In this document: piece by piece, positions 40,774 to 50,865 of the stretch | How positions within the stretch are numbered: the stretch's first letter is position 1 | Layout: the number at the start of each line of letters is the position of its first letter | Source of the DNA: an uncultured virus (IMG/VR IMGVR_UViG_3300020182_000024) | Lineage: Duplodnaviria; Heunggongvirae; Uroviricota; Caudoviricetes | DNA: 64,000 nt | IMG/VR virus record: IMGVR_UViG_3300020182_000024 | Strand: one strand, 5' to 3' | Notes under the pieces: model-generated | What the model was told of the DNA's origin: nothing | Seen by the model: the letters and a program-made list of their open reading frames with translations, nothing else | Databases searched by the model: none | Position numbers and translations under genes: made by a program

Positions 40774-42365
40774 GTTTAAAAGATGATGAAACTAAGTTAG
40801 AGGTATATAGATTATATGTAAATGAAGAACGCTCTATAGCAGACATTGTAAGAATTACAGGTATCCCTAAAACAACTATATCTGAGTTTGTTAATAGGAA
40901 ATCACATACAACATGGTGGGATACCTATAGAGATAAGCCTATTGCTGGAGGAACTAAGATATCTCCAGAGTATAAACGAGAGAAGTTTACTAATAAAAGG
41001 ATGGTATTTACATCTGCACAGAATAATACATTTGTATTTGAGGAGTTTCTACGATCCTTGGAAGGATATTGTGAACATAATAATGCAGAGTTAGTAATAG
41101 GTACATTCACTTACAATAAGTCTGGCTTTCAAAACTTAGAGAAAGATGAAGGAGATTGGTATGATCCTAAGATTAAAGATTATATAAACTCAACATCTGC
41201 ATCTATGCAAGACAAAGTAGTGTGGTGTGGAGAGCTTAATATATTACCAACAGCGGTCAATCCCCTGAGTGGTCTAGGGACGTATACTAAGACACTGAGT
41301 GGTGTTGTTCCTCACCCTAAAGTACGCATGGATTCTTGTGCTAGGCCTAAGAACCAATCGCCTAAGTTTATGTATTCTACAGGGGCTGTTACTAAGGCAA
41401 ACTATATACAAAGGAAGGAAGGGCAGAAGGCAGAATTTCATCATACATTTGGTGCATTAGTAGTGGAGTTTGATGAAGAAGGGGATTGGTTTGCTAGGCA
41501 ATTATTAGCTGACTCAGATGGATCATTCTATGACTTAGATAAGAAGTACACACCAGAAGGTGTAGAGTTAGATGTAGGGCATGGATTTGCAGAGGCAATA
41601 CAGTGGGGAGATTTACATTCAGAGAAACCCAGCGAAGATGTGTATGAAGGTTCATTTGGAAATGAGAATAGTATATTAAATACATTAAAACCTAATTATC
41701 AATTCTGCCATGATACTTTAGACTTTACTACACGTAACCATCACAATATTAAAGATATACATTTTAGAATGAAAAGTCAAATGAAATCTAGAGATAGAGT
41801 AGAAGATGACTTAAAGAAAGCTGCTGATGTATTCAGGAAGATGAATAGAGATTTCTGTAAGACGGTAGTAGTAGAATCTAACCATGATCTAGCATTACTC
41901 AAGTGGCTTAACACTGCTGATATTAGATATGATAACATTTATAATGTACACTTCTATCATAAATGTCAAGTTAAGATAATTGAAGCTATAATGGAGCACG
42001 ATGAATCTTTCAGTATATTCAAGAGTTGTGTAGATGATATATACCCAGATTTGAACCTAACATTCCTTAAAGAAGATGACTCTTTTGTAATATGTGGGGA
42101 TATTGAGTGTGCTAATCACGGACACTTAGGTGTTAATGGGGCAAGAGGTTCAGGGGTTAGTTTTGCTAAGATGGGCAATAAGCAGAATTTAGGTCATGCA
42201 CACAGCGCACAGATAATCGAAGGGATTTATGTGGCAGGTATAGCAGGTAATTTAGATCAGGGTTACAACAAAGGTGCATCTAGTTGGTCTAATAGTCATA
42301 TTCTTACTTACAAAAATGGTAAAAGAACTATGATAACAATGGTAGGCTCTAAGTGGAGAGCCTAA
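40770..42365 (+). CDS. calcineurin-like metallophosphoesterase with N-terminal HTH
   Basis: SIADIVRITGIPKTTIS HTH; GDLH, HD..D, SNHD, HGH, GHAHS. Confidence 0.85.
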   Translation: MSLKDDETKLEVYRLYVNEERSIADIVRITGIPKTTISEFVNRKSHTTWWDTYRDKPIAGGTKISPEYKREKFTNKRMVFTSAQNNTFVFEEFLRSLEGYCEHNNAELVIGTFTYNKSGFQNLEKDEGDWYDPKIKDYINSTSASMQDKVVWCGELNILPTAVNPLSGLGTYTKTLSGVVPHPKVRMDSCARPKNQSPKFMYSTGAVTKANYIQRKEGQKAEFHHTFGALVVEFDEEGDWFARQLLADSDGSFYDLDKKYTPEGVELDVGHGFAEAIQWGDLHSEKPSEDVYEGSFGNENSILNTLKPNYQFCHDTLDFTTRNHHNIKDIHFRMKSQMKSRDRVEDDLKKAADVFRKMNRDFCKTVVVESNHDLALLKWLNTADIRYDNIYNVHFYHKCQVKIIEAIMEHDESFSIFKSCVDDIYPDLNLTFLKEDDSFVICGDIECANHGHLGVNGARGSGVSFAKMGNKQNLGHAHSAQIIEGIYVAGIAGNLDQGYNKGASSWSNSHILTYKNGKRTMITMVGSKWRA

Positions 42366-42378
42366 TAGAGAGGTAATT

Positions 42379-42630
42379 ATGCAACAATTAGAATTAGATT
42401 TTAATACAGAAGAAGATACAGATAAAACTATACTAACGTTTTCAGATGGGAACGTAGTTAAATTATCTATACTGGAAGATACTCATACTTGGCCTGAAAT
42501 TATGATTGAGTTTGCTAAACTACTAAATAAAGCAGAGTTTATTATACCTATTGATATTATTGAGAAAAATGTATATAATAGTGTACGAGAACACAGACTT
42601 AGACTTTCAGGAGAAGGTGGCTACAAATGA
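42379..42630 (+). CDS. hypothetical protein
   Basis: GAGG RBS. Confidence 0.7.
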   Translation: MQQLELDFNTEEDTDKTILTFSDGNVVKLSILEDTHTWPEIMIEFAKLLNKAEFIIPIDIIEKNVYNSVREHRLRLSGEGGYK

Positions 42631-43265
42631 AGGGTAAGATAATTATATTAAACTCTCCTCCTGATACAGGGAAGACGACTATAGCAGAGGTATACTCCCA
42701 ATGTGTAGGTAGTACACACAGAGAATTTAAATCTTACCTATATAAATGTACGGCTACATTATTTAATATTGATTTAGATATATTCATTAACATGGCTACT
42801 GATAGAGTCAGTAAGGAAGCACCTGATGATAGACTCTATATCAATGTAGATAGCTGTAGGATGCTCAAAGGATATATGAGAGATGATTTTGATTGGAATA
42901 GGGAATCAGAGATAGGGACATATTTATCCCCTAGAGAAGCACTTATATTCACATCTGAGTTAGTTATAAAACCTATGTTTGGATGTGAATACTTTGGAGA
43001 TAAAGCTGCTGAGGGTGTAGATATAGATAATGGCACTATATTCTCAGATGGAGGTTTTAACGAAGAGTTAATACCTGTAGTAGAAACATGGGGAAGTGAT
43101 TGTGTTTATGTCATACAATTCACTAGAGGAGATAAAGTGGACTTCACTGGGGATAGTAGAGGGTGGTTAAGTCCCCCTAAAGGTGTTAAACTATTACGTA
43201 CAACTAATGATCATACTATTGATGATATGGTAGATAAGATTATTGAATTTGTAGGGTATAATTAA
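42627..43265 (+). CDS. deoxynucleoside monophosphate kinase-like protein
   Basis: P-loop NSPPDTGKTT; SPREALI..SE..KP.FG..YFG; SDGGF..E; GDSR. Confidence 0.8.
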   Translation: MKGKIIILNSPPDTGKTTIAEVYSQCVGSTHREFKSYLYKCTATLFNIDLDIFINMATDRVSKEAPDDRLYINVDSCRMLKGYMRDDFDWNRESEIGTYLSPREALIFTSELVIKPMFGCEYFGDKAAEGVDIDNGTIFSDGGFNEELIPVVETWGSDCVYVIQFTRGDKVDFTGDSRGWLSPPKGVKLLRTTNDHTIDDMVDKIIEFVGYN

Positions 43266-43828
43266 TGGCTAGGATATTAGTGGATTGTGATTTAGTATTA
43301 GCTGCTAGTGATATAGCTTGGATAGTATGGTTGTCCTCTATTGCGAAAAGCAATGATAAAATACATAATTTAGATTATAATGATCTACTTGACTATGATA
43401 TAACATCTTATTATAAGGAAAGTTTACAAGAATCGGGAAGAGATGGTTATGACTTTTGGAGAAGTACTACATTATATGATTATGTGACTCCTGTGTCTGG
43501 TGCTGTAGGTGCTGTAAATAAACTAGCATCACTAGGGCATGAAGTAGTGGTAGTATCATCTATCAAAGGTAATCATGCTAAATCTAAATATCAATTCATA
43601 GCTAGACATTTCCCTTCAGTTAATGGTATAATATTTACTAAAGAGAAGCATTACATAGATGGAGATTATATAATAGATGATAGAGTGAGTAATCTTGTCT
43701 GTCATCCAGCTAAACATAAGATACAGTTTAAGTCTTACTACAGACAAGATGTTGATAAAGATAGTAGTATAATTACTTGCAATGATTGGGAAGATGTATT
43801 AGAGTATATTAAATTAAATGGGGATTAG
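43265..43828 (+). CDS. 5'(3')-deoxyribonucleotidase (HAD)
   Basis: ILVDCDLVL; K..F...FP; K....D.IIDDR..N. Confidence 0.85.
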   Translation: MARILVDCDLVLAASDIAWIVWLSSIAKSNDKIHNLDYNDLLDYDITSYYKESLQESGRDGYDFWRSTTLYDYVTPVSGAVGAVNKLASLGHEVVVVSSIKGNHAKSKYQFIARHFPSVNGIIFTKEKHYIDGDYIIDDRVSNLVCHPAKHKIQFKSYYRQDVDKDSSIITCNDWEDVLEYIKLNGD

Positions 43829-43922
43829 ATTATGCAGTTGTAGTAACTTGTATTATCTTTCTTGTTTATTGCTTAAACTTAATATTCTATAAATATTTAA
43901 CATTACTAGGAGAGATTTAATA

Positions 43923-44129
43923 ATGAGTGTAGTAGAAGAACGTGAAGAGGAACTTACATTAAGATACCTGAAAAGAAACTTCTTAGGTATTAAAACTAGG
44001 AGGGTGTTAAAAGGTACAGAGGAGGTTGTTAATGATTTTCTGAAAGATAATCCTAATTTAGAGTGGATAGGTATTAGTAAGGATAATGAAAATGGTACAG
44101 ATATCCTAGCATTTAATTCCAACCTATGA
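43923..44129 (+). CDS. hypothetical protein
   Basis: AGGAG RBS. Confidence 0.65.
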   Translation: MSVVEEREEELTLRYLKRNFLGIKTRRVLKGTEEVVNDFLKDNPNLEWIGISKDNENGTDILAFNSNL

Positions 44130-44323
44130 ACAATAATCCATACCATAAGAAAATAACTAGTGGGGTAAATTAATACTTGGCAAATAGGGGGAGGATGTGA
44201 AAGTACCTGTAGATGGTATGTTATGGGTAATCCTGCTAGGTGGCTCTGTGATATACCCCTTGGGATTATTAAGTACATAGATACATTACACAGGTGTATA
44301 CCTAGAGAATAAAAGTGCTACCT

Positions 44324-44431
44324 AAAACATACCCCTAGAACGCCCCTGATTGCGTTCTAAGAGCGTTTTGGCTCGAAGTAGTAGGGTAGGTAGGGGTGGT
44401 GGGACAAGCCCGCATAGAGGCTTACAAGAGC
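44324..44431 (-). repeat. dispersed ~108-bp element, copy 7
   Basis: Reverse complement: GCTCTTGTAAGCCTCTATGCGGGC..ACCCCTACCTACCCTAC..AAAACGCTCTTAGAA..GGGCGTTCTAGGGGTATGTTTT. Confidence 0.88.
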
Positions 44432-44459
44432 ATATAACATTAATTAAGAGGAATAGATT

Positions 44460-46130
44460 ATGAGTATAATTGAGATTGTATTACTGTTTTTATTAACACT
44501 TGTAGGTGTTATGATTCTAGCTATATGCCTAATTTTCAAAGAAATTGGAACAATCAAAAGGCAAAATAAAGTAGATATTTATAAAGTCAAAAAAGATATT
44601 AGTGAGCATTTAGAAGTATTAGCTAGAAACTTAGGGTATCCTGTTACACTCTATGCATATGGAGATGGGGATAGTTATTTATCATTAGGTCATATAAATA
44701 ATAGATCCATAAAAGAAACTCTAAATCTTCTAATGGATCATCTAAACCTAGAGATTAAGGAAGGCGAGCCTAGTAAAACTACATTAGTTAAGAAGAAACC
44801 AATTAAGAAGAGTACGTAGATATCTATATAGTTTTACAGATATAGTGATGTACTTAGATAACATTAAACAAATAGGAATATAGTAAAATGATTAAGATTG
44901 AAGATATTGAAGTTGGAGGAATTAGATGTTGAATAAGCCTATATGTAAAGATATGTTAGGGACACCTTTAAAGAAAGGGGATACTGTTACCTATACAAAT
45001 AAAGGAGCTAAGGGATTATACACAGGAGAGATTCTATCTATTATAGAGGATACTCGTTTCACATGGTTATTAGAATTACCAGATGCCCAATATAGAACAC
45101 CTAGACAAGTGTGTTATATAACCACAATGTAAACATATAATAACAATCAACAAGAAGAGACCCTATGGAGTTAATAGTGGACAATACACCAGAATTTATG
45201 CAAGAGTTTTATACACAAATTATTGAATATGGATACACAGAAGCAGAAGCCTTGCAAATGGTTAGAGAGAGGGTTGCCATACATAGTGAAATAATCAGAA
45301 TGAAGCGTATTATTAAAGTACCTATTATTCTACCATATAGGTATCTAAATGGAGTTATCTTAGGAAGTGATGACTGTAATGATACATTACATAAACTAGG
45401 CTTTGATATAGAGAATTGTGGATATACTATTGATATATGTTGTTACACTTGGCAAGAGAGGCAGGAATGCGGGAAGGTATTACTAGGGAGTGAGAGATTA
45501 GATAAGGGTTGGCTTAATTCTGAGAGATCATCTGAGGATGCTTTTTACTATATGAATAGAGAAATATTACAGGAGATTAATAAGAAGTGAAATTGAGTAT
45601 TATTAATAAGGCAGTAGGTTTACTATTAATATTGTCTACAATGGGAATTTTATATTTAACTTACTTCCTAATGTTATTAGAAAGGGACTCTATACTGGTT
45701 CTATCAATTTACGGCTTAACTGGTTGTATTATATCATTAGTTATGTTATTATTAGGTATGTTATTCCTAACTACTAAAAAGAATTTATTTAATGAAATAA
45801 GAGGATTAGAAGATGGAAAATAATTGTACATTTGAACAAGGGGAAGTAGTAGAGGTCAGCGATTATTCAGATTTCCCAAGAGATGACACATACGAAGCTA
45901 AATTTATTGCTAACATTAATGATGAGTTATGGGAAAAGCTATTAAACCATAATCATCCTATATTGGTATTAGAGAATTACATTGTGGAGTCTTATAAGTA
46001 TATACGTAAGTTACAACCAAAACCAGATATTATAACTTACAAAGGAGAGGAGTATGAAGTTGATATAGTAGAAGTAACTTCAGGTCATCATCAAGAAGCT
46101 ACTTTCCATTGTTATAAGATTAGTAAATAA
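44460..46130 (+). other. five hypothetical CDS, two membrane-associated
   Basis: ORFs 44460-44819, 44926-45132, 45165-45590, 45587-45823, 45813-46130. Confidence 0.75.
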
Positions 46131-46135
46131 TTTGT

Positions 46136-46169
46136 AAAACCCACTAGACTAACAATCCAGTGGGTTTTT
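46136..46169. terminator. bidirectional terminator
   Basis: AAAACCCACT...AGTGGGTTTT between convergent blocks. Confidence 0.75.
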
Positions 46170-46174
46170 ATTGC

Positions 46175-46711
46175 CTATAGGTTTCTCTTTCTTGTTATTT
46201 TAATATACCAACCCCTCACTTTAACCGTACAATCTTCATCTGAACTTAAAGAAAAATGACCTCCTCCATTTAATGTTCCCTCATTCCCTATATAAAAGCT
46301 GTTATACTCTGTAATAGAGTGAGGCGCAGCACTCTTATAATTAAACTGTGTTATAAATGGTAGATTATAAGTGTTACTGCCTAAATTCAATTTAACATCT
46401 ATTGCAGTGTTAGGTGTAGTTGTAGTAACTTCTATGTCTAATCTTATATCGACAACATCTCCTAATGATAACATGCTCCAATCAAACTGACCTGTACTAG
46501 CATTCCATACATCCTCAATACCTCTAGGTGCATACTGTCTTGTAGAATAAGCCCCTAATCCATCATTAGTCAATGCCACTTCTCCTGCCGACTCTAGCAC
46601 TGTAATAGGGGTTACTAGAGTAGCTGTATCATTATAATCCAGAAACCCTGTCTCCCAATAGCCATATAAATTATTGTGATGAGGAGTGTTAGTATTAGCT
46701 ATAATAATCAT
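46175..46711 (-). CDS. hypothetical protein, possibly virion-associated
   Basis: Beta-rich ORF at the end of the late block. Confidence 0.6.
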   Translation of the reverse strand: MIIIANTNTPHHNNLYGYWETGFLDYNDTATLVTPITVLESAGEVALTNDGLGAYSTRQYAPRGIEDVWNASTGQFDWSMLSLGDVVDIRLDIEVTTTTPNTAIDVKLNLGSNTYNLPFITQFNYKSAAPHSITEYNSFYIGNEGTLNGGGHFSLSSDEDCTVKVRGWYIKITRKRNL

Positions 46712-46995
46712 ACAATCACCTCTGGGGTTAGCTCAGCACCTAGTGTAGAGATAGCTTTAGCCCATATTCTTAAACTTCCTGTTGGTATTATGGCAAGAGA
46801 ATTAGGAAACCTATGAGGGTCTAGTATCTTACCTTTTGTATCATTATGAGATGGCTCAGAAGATTGTTCTATTAGTTTTATAGATCCAGTACCTTCATTA
46901 TATAAAGAGAAAGCTGTGCCTACACTAATACCTGATTCTGTATTTACATCTACCCAAGATTGCCCTATAGATATATTCGGCAATGTCTCTGCCAT
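46708..46995 (-). CDS. hypothetical protein, possibly virion-associated
   Basis: Small beta-rich ORF coupled to the next gene. Confidence 0.6.
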   Translation of the reverse strand: MAETLPNISIGQSWVDVNTESGISVGTAFSLYNEGTGSIKLIEQSSEPSHNDTKGKILDPHRFPNSLAIIPTGSLRIWAKAISTLGAELTPEVIV

Positions 46996-47019
46996 ATTAT
47001 TTTCCTTTATTTATATATG

Positions 47020-47069
47020 AAAAAATCCCCTAGCTGATCTACGAGGAGGAGGACGTAGGGCTAGGGGAT
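47020..47069 (-). terminator. long hairpin / terminator with a (CCT)-repeat loop
   Basis: ATCCCCTAGC..CTACG-TCCTCCTCCT-CGTAG..GCTAGGGGAT followed by a T-run. Confidence 0.7.
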
Positions 47070-47083
47070 GGCCAGCGATGTTA

Positions 47084-47410
47084 TTAAACATCATTATTTT
47101 TTATTATTATTTTATCTAAGAACTTAGAGAAATTATCTTTAGGTATTACTTCAAATTCACATTGCAAGTCATAAGATGTATAGATATATATCTGAGACTC
47201 TGGGTGTGTATCCTGTATTTCCCTTGCTAATTCTAAACCATCTTTAACACCTAATAGGTAGTCTACCAGAAAGATATCATAATCTACTAATTCTTTTACA
47301 TCTATATCTTCATCTACTACTTTATATTTAATCACTTTCCTAGTTTCAAGTACAGCAGATATGAGATACCTGTGAGCTTCATTATCATCTATGTAGACTA
47401 TTTTAATCAT
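47084..47410 (-). CDS. stand-alone CheY-like response-regulator receiver domain
   Basis: IVYIDD, DIFLVD (phosphoacceptor), DGLELA, IYTS, IPK. Confidence 0.88.
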   Translation of the reverse strand: MIKIVYIDDNEAHRYLISAVLETRKVIKYKVVDEDIDVKELVDYDIFLVDYLLGVKDGLELAREIQDTHPESQIYIYTSYDLQCEFEVIPKDNFSKFLDKIIIKNNDV

Positions 47411-47810
47411 TCTTATTGCTCATCAAGTAATCCATTGTTTTACTAAACATTTCTGTCATCTGAGTATTAGCTGCTCTAGCTTCTAGTATTACCCTTTGAG
47501 ATTCTTTATTTAGTTCATTAAGTTCAGCATTAATCTTTTTAGTGTCAACTAACTCTTTAGTTAGTTTAGCTTTATCTCCTAAACAAGTAGCTCTTTCTTG
47601 CTTAGCCAGTTCTAATTCTTCCTTAATGTATTCATCACTTACTTTCTGATCTTGTCTTGATTGTGTATTATGTTTCGCATTTTGTCTCACAATGACAAGT
47701 ACACATATAGAGACAATAAGTAGTGCTAATATAACGATGGTATTACCTCCCCCTACTTCCGCTCCTAAATTTGTTATTTTTTCTATTAGGATTCCTATTT
47801 TGTCTATCAT
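47403..47810 (-). CDS. single-pass membrane protein with coiled coil
   Basis: One hydrophobic helix followed by a heptad-rich region. Confidence 0.75.
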   Translation of the reverse strand: MIDKIGILIEKITNLGAEVGGGNTIVILALLIVSICVLVIVRQNAKHNTQSRQDQKVSDEYIKEELELAKQERATCLGDKAKLTKELVDTKKINAELNELNKESQRVILEARAANTQMTEMFSKTMDYLMSNKND

Positions 47811-48352
47811 TTAACCACACCTTTAAAACTGAGATAATAAGACAACACATAATCCCCAATAAACTGAGATATTCCGTTTCCGACATTTTTAGCCCTACCT
47901 TTTCTATCGTACAAGTAGTAAGCAGCTATTAAGTAGTAGGTTATTATCATGCAACTATATATCCACATCTCTCCTAGTAGTATAGCAGGTGCATATCCAG
48001 TAGTGTCATATATAAGGTTACTTGCGTGTATGCCTAAATTATGATACCATTGAATAATACCTAATACATTTATCACAAGTTCAACACCTAACAGTGTCAT
48101 CACTGTACACCGTAGCCTTGATGGAGACAGAAGTGATAATAGTGTAACACCTATTGTAACACTGATAGCATTTATAACATAACCATATCCATCCCGTATT
48201 TCATACTCTAATAGGAAAGATAAACCCTTAGTTATTTCTGGTAGTAAAGTTGCTAACACAAATACACCACAAACTAATACCCCTTGTTTAGTAGGATGGG
48301 TTAGTGTATAGTATATACAAAGGCATACTAAGGATAACCAAAGTATTAACAT
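47807..48352 (-). CDS. multi-pass membrane protein
   Basis: About five hydrophobic segments. Confidence 0.8.
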   Translation of the reverse strand: MLILWLSLVCLCIYYTLTHPTKQGVLVCGVFVLATLLPEITKGLSFLLEYEIRDGYGYVINAISVTIGVTLLSLLSPSRLRCTVMTLLGVELVINVLGIIQWYHNLGIHASNLIYDTTGYAPAILLGEMWIYSCMIITYYLIAAYYLYDRKGRAKNVGNGISQFIGDYVLSYYLSFKGVVK

Positions 48353-48353
48353 A

Positions 48354-48416
48354 TTAACTACCCCTTATTTTAGGCTTATCTGAGCTATCTCTTGAGGTTC
48401 TAGTTGGACTTGACAT
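48354..48416 (-). CDS. putative 20-aa peptide MSSPTRTSRDSSDKPKIRGS
   Basis: AAGGTG RBS; stop 1 nt before the next ATG. Confidence 0.45.
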   Translation of the reverse strand: MSSPTRTSRDSSDKPKIRGS

Positions 48417-48473
48417 TTGACACCTTTAACTTAATTAATTATTGATTTATAGTGTAACCCTATCCATACCCTT

Positions 48474-48582
48474 AAAACATAGCCCTAGACGGGCTTAGAT
48501 TCCATTCTGAGAGCATTTCTCTATTTATGTGTAGGGTAGGATAGGGTCTAAACTACGTGAGCTTAGAGAGGCTTATAGGAGC
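48474..48582 (-). repeat. dispersed ~108-bp element, copy 8
   Basis: Reverse complement: GCTCCTATAAGCCTCTCTAAG..ACCCTATCCTACCCTAC..AAATGCTCTCAGAATGG..TCTAGGGCTATGTTTT. Confidence 0.88.
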
Positions 48583-48590
48583 TTCTAAGA

Positions 48591-49031
48591 TTAACCTATA
48601 CTATCTGTCTGTGTTCTATTCTTCTTATCATAAGATCGCATCATTCCTATACCTAACATGCCTGTAACCACAGAAAATAAAGCACCCGTCTCCAGAACAG
48701 GAGGTGCTGCTACATCTGGATATGCAAAAGCAATAACCCATAACAACAAAGGATATAATATAAACTGGTAGGCCATAGCCACACCTCCTATCCACCCTAT
48801 AAAAGGTCTCCACCCTGCTACAAATATACTCTTATGACCAGCCTCTACTGCATTTACTTTGAGCTGTCCAAGCATTAGTTGTACATGCGTATTCAGCTTG
48901 TGCATATCTCCAGACTGCCTAAGCTCTTCTAGTTTTCTTACTTCCTCTGCCCTTTTAATAGGATCAGGCCATATACGCTCTATGGCACTCTTACCCAAAT
49001 CAAATATAGCACTTAATGGATCAAAACTCAT
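48591..49031 (-). CDS. holin, 3TM / DUF3154 type
   Basis: Q..VN..EA.H.S.FVAGWRPFIGW..GMLGIG.MRSYDK. Confidence 0.85.
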   Translation of the reverse strand: MSFDPLSAIFDLGKSAIERIWPDPIKRAEEVRKLEELRQSGDMHKLNTHVQLMLGQLKVNAVEAGHKSIFVAGWRPFIGWIGGVAMAYQFILYPLLLWVIAFAYPDVAAPPVLETGALFSVVTGMLGIGMMRSYDKKNRTQTDSIG

Positions 49032-49378
49032 ACCACCTCCTCACACTTATATTCTTTAACATAAGCCTTATAGCAATGTTTAGGATCATTAAATAACCAA
49101 TCAATAAACCTCTCAAATGGATAAATATATGAACTCTCTAACCCTTTTGCTCTCTCTTCTGTTGCTTTCTTACCTGTCACTCCACTAACAGTTTTATATG
49201 TAGTAGAGTACAAAACAGATGCTCCCATTACATCTATTCCATGAGCTACCGCAAATATATAAAAGTTAAACTCTTCAAAGTCTGTTATTTTATATATAAT
49301 GTTTCTTATAATAGCTAATGGAATTAGCAGAAGAGATGCAAATATAGCTAAGATGAGTAATCCTAAGTTTCTTATCAT
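49028..49378 (-). CDS. hypothetical membrane-associated protein
   Basis: A..ID......TVS..TG..FIDWLF.DP.HC. Confidence 0.7.
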   Translation of the reverse strand: MIRNLGLLILAIFASLLLIPLAIIRNIIYKITDFEEFNFYIFAVAHGIDVMGASVLYSTTYKTVSGVTGKKATEERAKGLESSYIYPFERFIDWLFNDPKHCYKAYVKEYKCEEVV

Positions 49379-49393
49379 GGTGTTACCTGTATA

Positions 49394-49807
49394 CTAAGAG
49401 TTGACTGCATTATACCAGATATCATAGTTTTCTGATGTTTGTCTAACTCCATCTAGTAGAGCTGCTTGTAGTTCAGTTTCATTTAATGTTTGCTTAATAC
49501 CATTAACATCCGTTACTTGTACAGTTGTAGTTAACCCACTCTGTATTTTTAGTAGTAAACCGCGTAGTACAGGGTCATCGTATTTACCTACTTGTAATGG
49601 ACGTACAGTGATTATGACATTAGGGCGCACTTCATAAGTTTGAGCCAGCCAAGCGTCATTCCTAACTTGCTCTGCACTAAGAGCTGTTATGGCTAGATAT
49701 TCAGGATTATTTATATCTACAGGATGTACATCAACATTACTATTATTAGGCTGAGGGGAGTTATAAAACCCAATAGCTTTCCCATTATCTCTAAACAAAT
49801 ATGGCAT
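49394..49807 (-). CDS. putative tail fibre assembly protein
   Basis: Position after the fibre gene. Confidence 0.5.
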   Translation of the reverse strand: MPYLFRDNGKAIGFYNSPQPNNSNVDVHPVDINNPEYLAITALSAEQVRNDAWLAQTYEVRPNVIITVRPLQVGKYDDPVLRGLLLKIQSGLTTTVQVTDVNGIKQTLNETELQAALLDGVRQTSENYDIWYNAVNS

Positions 49808-50847
49808 TATAATTGTCCTCTTTTCATCTTAAATCCTAAAGTTACATATCGTAATGTGACAGATAATGCAGAATGTCTAGCTATCTCGGAAGAACTATTG
49901 GTTAATATCCCTGTTATTTTACTACCACCTTGATCATTTGTTGCTCCAGACATACCCCACGTCATAAAAGGGTTCACTGTAAGAGAACCTCCCAGATCGA
50001 CCGCATCAGGGCTACTAAAATAGTGTGCCCCGTTTACGAGCGTATGTATATTAAAATCTACCTCGACTGGAAATCCAGAAGGAACAGAAATAGCATCTAC
50101 AACTCTATCAACCGTAGATGCTCCGTTAAATTCTAGTATAGGCGTTTTCCAATCACATCGGTCGTAGTGTTGTATGAAATTTATAATATTAGAGCTAGAG
50201 TCTGTTACTACTGACCACAAATGTTGTACATCTACTGCACCACTAATCCCTAACAGAGAAGCACCTGTTAAGTCTGTCGTATATGCCCAATCAACTACTC
50301 CATCATCAAACAATATTGCAAGGCAATGGTAAGTCGTATTTACAGTTAAACTGTCATTAGAATCTAATCCACCAGCAGAGCTTTTAACATAAGAGCTGTC
50401 TATGGCTTTTGTTATAACACCTGATGATTGTATAAGTCTAGCATTTTTACCTATAGTAGTAAAAACCGTAATATCCAAATCGTGGTCTGAATCTGTACCA
50501 TTACTTACTGCACCACCTGATATTACACCTCTTGTGGCAAGACTGATAGTATTGCCTTTATTATCCCAGTATGTATTGGCTATATCTAATTCTGGGTCTT
50601 GGTTACTATGAGATTGTTTTGCCCTATACAATACCCCATTCCTGTCACAATACCCTCCACTTAAAAATGGAAAGTCTGTTGTCCAAGGGATAATCCCACC
50701 GTGCCCTTGTTTACTTACTGCTCCAGACATTTGCTTGGTAGATCCACCCTGATCTGTGATAAACAAATCCGTATCTTGTAAGGCTGTATTAACTGCCCTT
50801 TCTGGTATTGTACTTGTCTCTATAGGGAAACTTGTTAATGTTGTCAT
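49807..50847 (-). CDS. tail fibre / receptor-binding protein
   Basis: Position; Ser/Thr/Gly-rich; W...GVLYRAKQSH..P....W segment resembling a small carbohydrate-binding module. Confidence 0.7.
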   Translation of the reverse strand: MTTLTSFPIETSTIPERAVNTALQDTDLFITDQGGSTKQMSGAVSKQGHGGIIPWTTDFPFLSGGYCDRNGVLYRAKQSHSNQDPELDIANTYWDNKGNTISLATRGVISGGAVSNGTDSDHDLDITVFTTIGKNARLIQSSGVITKAIDSSYVKSSAGGLDSNDSLTVNTTYHCLAILFDDGVVDWAYTTDLTGASLLGISGAVDVQHLWSVVTDSSSNIINFIQHYDRCDWKTPILEFNGASTVDRVVDAISVPSGFPVEVDFNIHTLVNGAHYFSSPDAVDLGGSLTVNPFMTWGMSGATNDQGGSKITGILTNSSSEIARHSALSVTLRYVTLGFKMKRGQL

Positions 50848-50865
50848 ATCTTATCTCTTATCTCT

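Noticed and set aside
47403..47810. Histidine kinase partner for the receiver domain
   Set aside because: No H-box or HATPase N/G boxes; too short.
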